From positions 1-64,000 of the IMG/VR virus record IMGVR_UViG_3300021964_000045: a DNA stretch of 64,000 nucleotides; one strand, written 5' to 3'. The notes below the pieces were generated by a model. The model saw only the letters and a program-made list of their open reading frames with translations, ran no database searches and was not told the origin of the DNA. The DNA is from a virus. The position numbers and the translations under genes were made by a program. Positions within the stretch are counted from its first letter, which is position 1. Every line of letters starts with the position of its first letter. Below, piece after piece: positions 58,101 to 64,000 of the stretch.

Positions 58101-60975
58101 TGAAATACTTAAGACTTATACTAAAGATGGTGACATGTCAATTGATAATTTGATAGGTCAATTCTACAGTCACAAAAATGTTAAAGAAAACTCAGGTCTT
58201 ATTGGAGCTGTTGTACCACCTGCTACAATCATTAACTTTTTAAAGGAAATGAATGTTTCTTCAGAATGGTTTAGTTTAGATGTAGATGGTATATCCTATA
58301 ATAGATTTACTAATAAAAGTGAATCAGATAGAACACACTATATAATATCTAATTTAATTACGCTTGCAACAGATGATGCAAAAGAACGTTTGCTGAGTAA
58401 ACTTGGATATAACAAAAAAGGAATAAAGCTTGTTTTGGCTATGGTTTCTTTTGGTATTCCATTAGAGCAAGCATCAATGCTCGTTAATGTAAAAGCTGTA
58501 AGAGAAATTCTTGAAGAAAGTGAATCACCAATGAGTGATATTAGAGTAGCAAGAAAAGATCTTTTAAAACGAAATGTTGAAGCTAAGCCTGTAACAACTG
58601 CTTCATTAGGTAAAGGTATAGAAGGAGATGTATCTGATCAAGAATTATTAGGTTTATTAAATCTAGTAATTCAAGCAGATGCACTATCTGGTGAAATAGA
58701 TAATTTGCAAGCAATATTTAGTTTGAATAAAGGTTTTGGAAAAGACTTTTCATCTTTAATGAATGTAGATGATTCAATAGATAAAGCAGGATTGTATTTA
58801 TCTAATCAAGAAATGCAAGATTCTATTTCAAACAAACAAAGAATATTTGATTTAAGAAATGCTTTTAGCACAGACTTATCAAAAGATAAACCAGTGCGTC
58901 ACTACATTGGAGAATACATAAGAATATTTGAAGACTTTAAAAGAAATGTATTACCTGAAGTATTTACTTCTCAGAGTCCTGATTTTAAACGTATTCTTCA
59001 AGGAGTATTAAGCTACACTAAAATTGTTGGTGGAAAAGAAGGAGCTAAAGTAAAAGCTCAAATTCAAAAAGACATGCTTTCTTACTTTACAATTAAGGCT
59101 TATATGAAAGACTTATTTGATAGAGAAGCAGGATCTCTTGTTGGTGGTTCATTAACAAATGAATTTTTGTATCCAAGTGAAAACAGTGACTTTAATATTA
59201 CTACAGTATTTAAGGATCTTAAGAATAACTTTAATACAGGTGATAATTATTTTCTTGACTATTTTGTATTTACAAAAACTGTAAAGTCAGAGGATAATAA
59301 AACAGGGATGAATATTGCAACTACAAGAAGCTTTGGTAAATTAAGTGACAATGAAAAAGTAAGAATACAAAATGGTTTTCAAGCCCTTTACGGTGATATC
59401 AAAACAAGAAAGGAAGCTGTGCATATACTTCATTATATAATGGCCAAAGACGGTTTAAGTTTGGCAGCAGGTAGTTTGTTACAAGCTATTACACCATTTG
59501 GTTTAGAAAAATATTTAGGGGCAAGTACTGAAGTGTTTAAAACATTTAAAGGACAAAATAAATTTGAGGATGTATTTGGTCAAAGCTTACAAGAATTAAG
59601 TTTAGATTTTATAAATAACTATGGTATGTCTGCTTCTTTTGCTAGTAATATAAAAGCTGACTATACTGTTTTTTCTAAAAATTCTGGATACTCAACTAGA
59701 GCTGATAAAGATAGATTAACAGTTGTTAGATCAGATAAAGATTCAGCACCTATGATATTTCCTAAATTTATTTTTAGAGAAACTAAAAATCCAATTGGAG
59801 TTCAAAAACAATATTATAAGTTAGTAAGTGGAAGTTTAAAAGAAAATGAAGTATCTGTTGACAATATAGACGCTTCTCTATTGACAGAAGGTCTTTATGA
59901 AAAGTTTGATTTAGAAGGTTCTTATTATCAAAATGGAATAGGATTTATTTTTGATAATGAAAATTTTAAAAGACCAAAGACATTTGAGTTATATACAACA
60001 GATAGATTTGATGCAGTAGATGTAAACTTTGATACGACTACTATTCCGGATGATGTTACAATGCCAGAAGGTATTTCTGAATTAAGTAGTTTAAATAATG
60101 TAAATAGAGTTGCAACAGAAAAAGGTATTGAAGTTGGAGGAAAAAATATTGCAGATATTACAGATAAAGATATACCAGAGGGAATTAAAGATGCTGCTGA
60201 TAAATTGCTAGCATTTACTAAAAAAGGTTCACCAGCAACACAAACTAGTGGGGTTACTATAAATAATAAAAAATGGACTAAAGATTCTCCAAAAGAAAAC
60301 CTTAATACTGCTTATGTATTTACAGAGAATATAAACTCAATAGGAGATACTAGAGTTGGAGGAGGCTCTGCTGTAATTAGAAATAATCCTAATGCCGTTG
60401 GTATAGTAACTAAGAAGTATTATACATATAAAGAAAATAGGGATGCTAATAATAAAGAGCAATGGAATGCTAACTTTCAAGATACAGATGCTGATTTTGA
60501 ATTATTTAAGAAAGTTAACTTAGAACAATTTGCTAAATTAGATAAATTTGATTCTAAAATATTTCCAGATTCTTTTGCTAATTCTTTGGCTGCTGTACCT
60601 AATAGATTTGCGTTATGGCTTCAGAATGAATTACAAACTAGATATGGTTTAGTTACTGAAGTAAACAGTAAAGGAACGGGTCTAATATCTAAATCTGTAC
60701 AGCCAACACAACCAACACAACAAACTAGTGAAGTTGAAACTGGTCAGTTAGATTTGTTTGATGTTAGTGAATTGCAATCATTAGGTTTACCTTTGACAGA
60801 TAATTTTAGTATATTGCTGGAAGATTTAAAAACAACACCTGGGGCAATTCAAAAAATGAAAGAAGATGGTGTTAATATATCAGATTTAAATTCTCTTAAA
60901 GAATCATTTAAGAAGAGTGCATTTACAGAAGAATCACAATATGAAGAGCACTTGAGAAAGTGTTACTTAAAATAA
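46147..60975 (+). CDS. virion-packaged double-psi beta-barrel RNA polymerase polyprotein with zincin-like protease domain
   Basis: Catalytic SGADFDIDK (DFDID at 57601-57615) preceded by RIPTQ; zincin YHESFH (HESFH at 53182-53196) with downstream EEYMAD; N-terminal Gly/Ala hydrophobic segment. Confidence 0.9.
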   Translation: MQDSNIQTDPIYQPDDFQFQPIDEMFDLDFDAESVQGMGDYMKNLEALAPAMNQYAMPLDLPISKHNSPKPGFDNFESFKKVFNSPTPFLGGEQQMKLQDPIISGIKSSSYDRYARMDAFDKLGWRPDMDMESYYNANTTGWDDFKRSWGPWWTNFSSGFTSAARSWGDLFSGDESYWTSADLEGATAMSEANRLGASTRGGTTGFLVNLNLNAAQTLGTISEIAAEELALAAAGAALTSTGAGAPAGIGAFVAGTGKNFVKGIKSIGNIFDITRTVRLGKDVLSTLRTADKAKDFWSVAKAGGRLAGDFFTPELRATLKSFKSSESAARGLSNLAKTSKSFGAFYRDARAINLTMSESKLEAGFAYQDMFAENVERVMRENGGAQLTPEQLNDINIEALKAATNSVLFNAPAIFITNKIVLGKALGGFSPQLRRIFNKVGNSKNIVRKTTVQNFIKNRAAGKTAGKLFQETSNKSVIGKLFGWNKLKALGVKGSLKYTAGGILRYSAGGLSEGLQEVYQEGVAVGLVDYHSALLDTPNANRHDLQKAAMMAGIDSQTTGQGFETFLSGFLMGGLVQGPQRLMFEVLPSYIQEKRNPKDYAEYKKQRDEFVDKVNDIAEEVAKDPANFMSSSKLNFFSQKQSEDDGDKHMFEDSELGLRDSNDDSFIMNAHHMVANGTEGLYIEQLEDIQKLSDEALIEAYPNQKEDIESGKFKERVDKSIERIKNFKKDYDASFNIIENPYAFKQFEQGSKEYNIALAKYSAVEHGRLLYLLSKESFKSAANRRDAIEQALKLTTAEGSADVNDLTPLLAVDSIQREVALLSSEIEALENAENIDKTILDSKKDKLVALTGYLVTLQSIEDKEAGVYDRDKMEVLKTPLKAYIESVSKNVLLDDEKLSYLVKQLVDHSYLDKRAQVYARSVSMFSDQAKFTEMSDRLSEVFLTRFNNIKRDFKASVIKGMQNQERVSLLEALAAIGSENKNGGVYAETEQSVKFMETGDASVLVDFYTEAGKVFKSNSNELYGKIQTLIDNYNRVKFESEKSDVKAEETKTDVNKKDTSTDKKSELNDYLKLSSDSPILNVEDGIDILKENESPFSKLLLEDLYSRYKQQQRIAKEPIVSKADWINTTEGTNAVAALEKLKGIWLASESNKALTDQAKNNIAKSEEGFQEWILSQKDDASVYRSLEFGGLKATDVERNETNEGFDSVVEDNPLLEWADKGPGVNILKKEIASIDSIDDEDVSDVRETIYTLTDNSGNRVSDDLLDLAGLDRAAFTDFQQAVDAFEELKKVIPDTTPFNFDGVTLKNLDVVEDANGNKFRVLGTASSANNGAKLELISLEKQDTEGVDKALSSFTVEQSGFSDLYTKVEETFEGVKLSANAVKLLPSEVNGIYPKSFGPFGTDTDVDMRFNKVLSLLSPEQLSTLEIKIRPNPNQSSNFLRAGDDTTENKLIVRGDKYTMEVVIPENMREGILERMDGFSYPENWDGAIGFVRNDHFRFTNNGNQNDIVEINQLEDKVIERYITPDGVSVSEMKQEMLKQKYLTLKIDELMKDKTNATITMADLESLNFSFKVTGGQYEDTNSYDTTYDNLDQNKYDGHKIVIVNTRNVDSIGERFETDIEDPQEHLAFVEKVISELESTPVEGGDANMYQKAISKGGYVGIIKDPLTGKIVLARLVPRNLEVDERNELFTELITKAKEVRDSKTGTQPKQTTEAESLKAVQILYQGIYGTPYQQNVGGPGLVKLEVEVEEEQDQNYVGIKFVTTIISKKGNSIKQNEKRYVTAEQFINEFNLTDEELDNTKPATKESGSQSIPLTKEDGERRIAEYGQEKLKLEKVGSGYGMPLRTYLQLMEEESTGKITVLSIRKDTANGNTFISIVGPYGPLDIQVNREPASIKQAAKSQQASKAETTKSSMPLFDWNKQFNNKFFSATNPTEKTYLDLQVTKSGDIVLRVKVGAKGSTLTAMQSFKSAELDNLKPEDILSLYSLLNQNQKVIDFNAKSNNILNFGEHNLKTTFPLDATLDQILNQTKTNLDSRVLKGVRVKLETTDEMVAGLKMVQASKPVNAPSDEYSQFVDTGFVSQETLERIANKEANKPGSLTLEEQAIYADKVAEINKILQQKANVEMQEDIDLQAMSEERYNEYKSKDFKDLPREIKIGIVNQVVQEGRESLTERQQEILKVNNDELELLIMSKSYTKPVEAEGKTLEQEIAEVEEAIKKEKKRIANEAKRTGQHQATLRKNSKIYVSLVDKLDELEKRSTDESAFKILDPSETLQKEESIDEFLEWAAVNLPDFIKIKDLSEIKTRLKSTGTTVGQFTMALRNIAGGLSVEGTIYTGPSNGIGYHESFHAVFRMLLTTEEQNNLLKLAKDEVRKKFKTYKALQEDISKFANRHPKYRQLSKAALEREYLEEYMADQFQAFKTNPRSTKTSSTIKSFFNRVVEWIKSVLKSFRKNELDLFYERIDAGKYRNTQILDNQYTNSLESGVAIDAFKAIPYKIIRGTKLKSAKYLDPAKADMLTRMIGQVYVTRRGDSKYSELQDEELLSATIIDFADLYDSEKDIYASLSDVDLDTVEQLNEALNLQEGKAVKESVTKYLDILNLKFDEMDDQIEEDEDDYGSRKVGDYTKDANQTGGYNSATKEVRTFIAGVSIDSKDMFGNVELQDGTPIRVPVNHIDVYNGLMLAGMNETSDSKMLEKLYYFSRRNENTAAVIDELFRVTGIDINEFKETGQIPNKIDNSMLFNQFMTTFKNARFDYIFQLTDPTTGKVRIISASNRDAANAQIDYWKKIFNDKFEIFRTDNASVRQAVSGVAMLSKDMEKKKITNKDLKAKSLLYSKLISEQLGIKLSPLYIEISIANNLSGKLTKYQETLIDMGKNARLLRREDLTLITTKLTGKEKSTGKPLPENLFIDDSERGLSSRLKQIALGNALFDETVGNTVFEDPERNLIYAHQNQTFHSRRMIELSDDAVIRKLQEQFPDNTLLNSEAFLELSTSKQLQLIRTAGSNMLAENVESMDLQEADDLSRQSVQGTKYGKFNSVEFTSNLINSYFERFNTKSNKVETAANTALAPVFIRLIESSNTGDSVGLPVIKAVKLSSDGKDVVLTPEAFDQFVNRLRTEYNIIQKNNQDYDKNGPGNIKGYNDSKNGRGFKFFKGDSLISKETQAELIKSAVEGKTFDEVFGKEYKTELNNIIKDYIKEFQGLAQKARLTTSQHVKGIFPDTEKASSSMEKLNVFRKNEPANLAQIFISNWLNTMAINELILGEEAKLFKDAVIDPIKRAKMQNAAHDSIAFDFLPKDDSLGISHTLGRESIGLFTFTDPATEDGGDKADAQSYQTAKGARYSAYGLGSLNSALAKMYDAIDNGESVDNDWFSTYLKQHPKHAPLNSKKYVFGNGQTFIKTSTVVLTKELTSYKNEEGAWVAKVGMERLHNLRENMERWESQNDGKIAIAAPESAVKMLKQNVIDNESMTAETMVLNEEHVTLLDAKDFGRQMVNPSNKLLMTDASQIKTIITSEQAVLDKDFKVVIDGEELPIADVVKEYHRFTAAGVNFEYSDKKNLIFDLLPHLEESVLEQMDIEPNLYSFIKTAQANLKSSAASSTEVEFFTEEDGKPKYELNNPITSQKFEQFFMAYFSKKVLSQKVPGVTLALMSDFGVPVIREIYSFDTTGRPDKQRVVRRKNSNQYNGQNLLDITNAEDLELAKQQLESDPSKPIVVLDRLRYDMKEYDMVNPNDPSTWVATNIRYAETLMPAHHEDVMRHLENKNIKDLPDSVAKMFAVRIPTQDKHSSIPSKVVDFLPVFYGSTAIFPEDLIKVSGADFDIDKVYAAIKEWYYKDGKFTEYGTRKGSEGFADYIRYTNKKVAERGSNLNEALLKYNAGGLAAEVESKSIEEIMDLLTLGYSPEAIDASIMLGLPITEKEYNKYIKDNGVEPYKASITNKLVSLKYSLVGNTKLTETTDGSVPVSYQPADIEAVKEVWESLSNRFEILKTYTKDGDMSIDNLIGQFYSHKNVKENSGLIGAVVPPATIINFLKEMNVSSEWFSLDVDGISYNRFTNKSESDRTHYIISNLITLATDDAKERLLSKLGYNKKGIKLVLAMVSFGIPLEQASMLVNVKAVREILEESESPMSDIRVARKDLLKRNVEAKPVTTASLGKGIEGDVSDQELLGLLNLVIQADALSGEIDNLQAIFSLNKGFGKDFSSLMNVDDSIDKAGLYLSNQEMQDSISNKQRIFDLRNAFSTDLSKDKPVRHYIGEYIRIFEDFKRNVLPEVFTSQSPDFKRILQGVLSYTKIVGGKEGAKVKAQIQKDMLSYFTIKAYMKDLFDREAGSLVGGSLTNEFLYPSENSDFNITTVFKDLKNNFNTGDNYFLDYFVFTKTVKSEDNKTGMNIATTRSFGKLSDNEKVRIQNGFQALYGDIKTRKEAVHILHYIMAKDGLSLAAGSLLQAITPFGLEKYLGASTEVFKTFKGQNKFEDVFGQSLQELSLDFINNYGMSASFASNIKADYTVFSKNSGYSTRADKDRLTVVRSDKDSAPMIFPKFIFRETKNPIGVQKQYYKLVSGSLKENEVSVDNIDASLLTEGLYEKFDLEGSYYQNGIGFIFDNENFKRPKTFELYTTDRFDAVDVNFDTTTIPDDVTMPEGISELSSLNNVNRVATEKGIEVGGKNIADITDKDIPEGIKDAADKLLAFTKKGSPATQTSGVTINNKKWTKDSPKENLNTAYVFTENINSIGDTRVGGGSAVIRNNPNAVGIVTKKYYTYKENRDANNKEQWNANFQDTDADFELFKKVNLEQFAKLDKFDSKIFPDSFANSLAAVPNRFALWLQNELQTRYGLVTEVNSKGTGLISKSVQPTQPTQQTSEVETGQLDLFDVSELQSLGLPLTDNFSILLEDLKTTPGAIQKMKEDGVNISDLNSLKESFKKSAFTEESQYEEHLRKCYLK

Positions 60976-60982
60976 AATAATA

Positions 60983-63900
60983 ATGGCTAAGTGTTATAAT
61001 AAAAATTTACCTGAGTATCAATCTTTATCTGAAGAGTTTAAAGATAACATGGTTGTTGATAGCTTAATTGAAAAATGGCAAGCATTAAATAACTCAGAAG
61101 AGTTCCCTACTGTAGAACAAGCAAAACAAGTAAAAGAAGAACTTAATTTATCTTTTTCATTAAAGACTAAGGCTTTTACAGATGCGTTAATATCTAATTT
61201 AGTAAGAAACAAAATTATACATTACTCAGAAAAGTATGGTGGTTACTATCTTAATAATACTAGAGGGGATGAAAGAATTGGTAATCCTGAAAGCTTAAGA
61301 ATTAACTATAATAGATTAATGGGTTACTTAGATAAAAATAAGATACCTAGAGATGTTATAGATGATACTGAAACAAGGAGGTCACGTAGGATTTTTATAA
61401 ATGAAGATGCACTGATGCCTGCAGATGTTTTACCAAAAAGCAGAAGAGCAGCAGGTACTCACACAGTTGATGTATTAAATCACGTGAGACAAATGATACC
61501 TGGCTTAGAGTATAAAATTCTGTCTGTTAAAGAAGCAGAGAATCTTTATGAGTCATTACCACCATCTCAAAAAAATAAAACACCATTTGCTCAAATAAAT
61601 AGTTTTTACGTAAATCAAACAGCTATCTTAATCAAAGGTAGAGTTACCCATGACATTGCAATAGAAGAGGTCTTACACCCTTTAATTGATGCAGTGTATG
61701 TAGACAACCAAGAGTTATTTAATAGCTTGTACAATGAAGCTGTAGCTAATTTTCCTGAACTCAAGCAAGAAATAGATGAAGCTTATAATACTAAGTATAG
61801 AAAGTTTAGTGAAAAGCACAGACAACTTGAACTTGTTACTCAAGCTTTAACAAGATATTTTTCTAATGAGTTTGAAAATACACCAACTAAATCATTTAGA
61901 GATAAGGTTGGAGAGTTTTTAAATTGGTTCTTAGATGTAATTAAAAATCTTTATGAAGTATATACAGGTGGTACAGCTAAGCTTAAAGTAGATAATATAA
62001 AACCAGGAACAAGTTTATCAGATATTGCAAAACTTCTTAATACAAGTGAGCTTCAATTTAAGTTAGAAAAGAAAGTTGATTCTAAGGTTAGATATTCACT
62101 ATCTGAAGAAAAGCAAAACTCATTAGATCAAATAAGAAGAAAAGGTAATGATGCACAAAAAATTGTTTTAGATAAACTATTTCATGCTGCACAACAAAGA
62201 AAAGGAGATACGCCTACATTCAGTGTAGGTAAAAAAGATATTGGAGATAATGATGACATAGTAATATTAAATGAGAAAAATCATACTTACTATAATTTAA
62301 AAGATCTATCTATTGAATATGTTTCATCTACAACTGCTATTGGTGGTAAGATGGAAAACTTAGATAATGTACAAATGAATCTTGCCGTTGGTAATGACTT
62401 TGACAATATAGCTGAGTCTATAGTATTAGGAAAGTCATTAGCGGATATCAAAGAAGCTGGTATGCAAATCTTAACTGATGAGCAACTAACCAGAGCATAT
62501 TATTCAATGGATGGATATATCAAGGCAATTACCAACCAAGGAGATATATTAGTACCTCAAGTTGTTGTTCATGGTAAAAACGCAGAAGGTATTAACATTG
62601 CAGGAACTATTGATTTACTTGCAATAACACCACAGGGTAAATTAAAAATATTAGATTTAAAGACAAGTAAAAATAGATTATCAACTAGTGAAGATGGTAA
62701 ATATAATACTGAATGGGATTTAAAAGATGATTCTTTATTAAAAGCTTATGGTGTAGAAAAATTATCAACTAAACAAAAACATAATCTTCAAGTAAACTTA
62801 TATGCAAGAATGCTTGAGAATATGGGCTATGAAGTTGACTCTTCTGAACAAGGGGCAAGTACTCATCATATATGGGTTGACATAAAAGGTAAAGGTAAAA
62901 ATCAAACATTTTCAGGAAATTTTGAAATAGAGGATATGGTTTTTCATCCTATAAGTCAAAATAAACCTTACGTTGATGCTCTAATGCCTAAGAATATAAA
63001 TAAAGTATCACAAGCAGAACTTGATAAGGCACTAGCTGATACGGGTGATTCAACCAAAATACTTGATGAAATAAACAACTCTGAATTTGAAGGACTAGAT
63101 GAATATAACCCATCTGAATTTGGTGGATTGGAACAAAACATGTACTTCAATGCAATTAAAAAATATAGAAAAAGTCTTACAACTAGACGTGATGTAATTG
63201 AAACAGTAAGATCTGCTGTTTACATGGACAGATCTAAAGAAGATGCAGTAGAAAGAATAAGTACTATGCTTGCATTTACAACTATTGCATTAACGGAAAA
63301 AGGAGAAGCACCTAGAGTATTTACAGAATTGCTTAGAGATGTTAAAAAAGAATTAGAATCCTATGAAAAGTTTCTTTTAAATAAAGACAATGCATCTAAT
63401 CCACTATATTTAACAAGGGCAACAAATTATGAAAACTTTATTAAAACATTTGAAGGATTATATAAATTACCATCTATTGCCTCGTTAACTGGAATACAGA
63501 AAGATCTAATACTACAAATACAAAATACATTAAATAGACTTAGTGAATCTACTGCGGAAAAACCAAGCATTATTGATGAAGCATTATTTACTCATGGAAA
63601 AGCTATTATTAAAAAATATTCAGGTAAAGATTTTACATCTTATGTAGATCCTATAACAGGAGAAGTTGTAAATCCATTTGACGATTTATTTTACTCTGTA
63701 ATAGAAGACATGAGTACTGTTGATTATTATACAAGAGATATAAATACAGCAGAAGATACTATTCTTGCTACAATGAAAAAGATGTGGCATGCAAAAAGGC
63801 AAGAAGTTCTTGATAGAATAGAAGCAAGAAAAGGTTTTGTTTTATATGCGTCTAGACTAGCTAAGCTATCACCAGGAAAAAGTCCAAAAGATATCTATGA

Positions 63901-64000
63901 ATTCATGATTGAATTGGATAAAAATGGTGTACATACGGGAGAGCTAGTTAAAAAGATAGGACCTCAATACTATGATCAGTTTAATGCTTTATATAAATCA
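60983..64000 (+). CDS. giant virion protein (3' truncated) with degenerate zincin-like and PD-(D/E)XK nuclease domains; not in the ORF track
   Basis: ATG at 60983 (MAKCYNKNLPEY...), in frame at the points checked through to the window end. Motifs IEEVLHP, IAGTIDLLAI...KILDLKTSK and HNLQVNLYARML. Confidence 0.8.
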   Translation, partial: MAKCYNKNLPEYQSLSEEFKDNMVVDSLIEKWQALNNSEEFPTVEQAKQVKEELNLSFSLKTKAFTDALISNLVRNKIIHYSEKYGGYYLNNTRGDERIGNPESLRINYNRLMGYLDKNKIPRDVIDDTETRRSRRIFINEDALMPADVLPKSRRAAGTHTVDVLNHVRQMIPGLEYKILSVKEAENLYESLPPSQKNKTPFAQINSFYVNQTAILIKGRVTHDIAIEEVLHPLIDAVYVDNQELFNSLYNEAVANFPELKQEIDEAYNTKYRKFSEKHRQLELVTQALTRYFSNEFENTPTKSFRDKVGEFLNWFLDVIKNLYEVYTGGTAKLKVDNIKPGTSLSDIAKLLNTSELQFKLEKKVDSKVRYSLSEEKQNSLDQIRRKGNDAQKIVLDKLFHAAQQRKGDTPTFSVGKKDIGDNDDIVILNEKNHTYYNLKDLSIEYVSSTTAIGGKMENLDNVQMNLAVGNDFDNIAESIVLGKSLADIKEAGMQILTDEQLTRAYYSMDGYIKAITNQGDILVPQVVVHGKNAEGINIAGTIDLLAITPQGKLKILDLKTSKNRLSTSEDGKYNTEWDLKDDSLLKAYGVEKLSTKQKHNLQVNLYARMLENMGYEVDSSEQGASTHHIWVDIKGKGKNQTFSGNFEIEDMVFHPISQNKPYVDALMPKNINKVSQAELDKALADTGDSTKILDEINNSEFEGLDEYNPSEFGGLEQNMYFNAIKKYRKSLTTRRDVIETVRSAVYMDRSKEDAVERISTMLAFTTIALTEKGEAPRVFTELLRDVKKELESYEKFLLNKDNASNPLYLTRATNYENFIKTFEGLYKLPSIASLTGIQKDLILQIQNTLNRLSESTAEKPSIIDEALFTHGKAIIKKYSGKDFTSYVDPITGEVVNPFDDLFYSVIEDMSTVDYYTRDINTAEDTILATMKKMWHAKRQEVLDRIEARKGFVLYASRLAKLSPGKSPKDIYEFMIELDKNGVHTGELVKKIGPQYYDQFNALYKS

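Noticed and set aside
493-63150. Minus-strand and nested short ORFs in the track (e.g. 15532-16041, 6989-7336, 46791-47099)
   Set aside because: They are shadows of long + strand genes with biased codon usage and show no motifs or expression signals of their own.
1-64000. Stop-codon reassignment, as seen in some crAss-like phages
   Set aside because: Genes up to 14.8 kb are uninterrupted under the standard code, and TGA (1493) and TAG (23014, 37962) end genes at sensible boundaries.

Overview
The window is a 64 kb AT-rich segment of a tailed dsDNA phage of the crAss-like type (Crassvirales or a close relative). A Bacteroidota host, probably Flavobacteriia, is inferred from the absence of Shine-Dalgarno motifs, A-rich start regions and TAnnTTTG-like promoters. 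All credible genes are on the + strand and use the standard genetic code. The order begins with a PD-(D/E)XK nuclease, a probable small terminase, GroES, TerL, portal, acidic scaffold, major capsid protein, the conserved crAss-like head genes and a ferritin/Dps-like gene. Fibre and adhesin genes follow (S74-chaperone fibre, LamG, FN3/vWA, Cys-rich), then a stand-alone metallophosphoesterase, an IHF-like gene, tail ring and nozzle genes and a multi-domain muralytic protein. The window ends with putative ejected cargo proteins, a 4942-aa virion RNA polymerase polyprotein (zincin HExxH plus DFDID) and a truncated giant protein with a nuclease domain. Four unexplained signals stand out. (1) A structured 3'-UTR RNA at 25883-25957 has a 12-nt loop complementary to an AAAACCAA element found at Shine-Dalgarno distance upstream of three structural genes. 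(2) A recurring short peptide tag ([MYF]xxGG / LPKAQ) punctuates three adjacent cargo proteins. (3) A direct-repeat-bounded domain sits near the C-terminus of the RNAP polyprotein. (4) A repeated TTGTATATTA promoter-like motif occurs in five intergenic gaps. All functional calls come from reading motifs and gene order by eye; no searches or folding computations were run.
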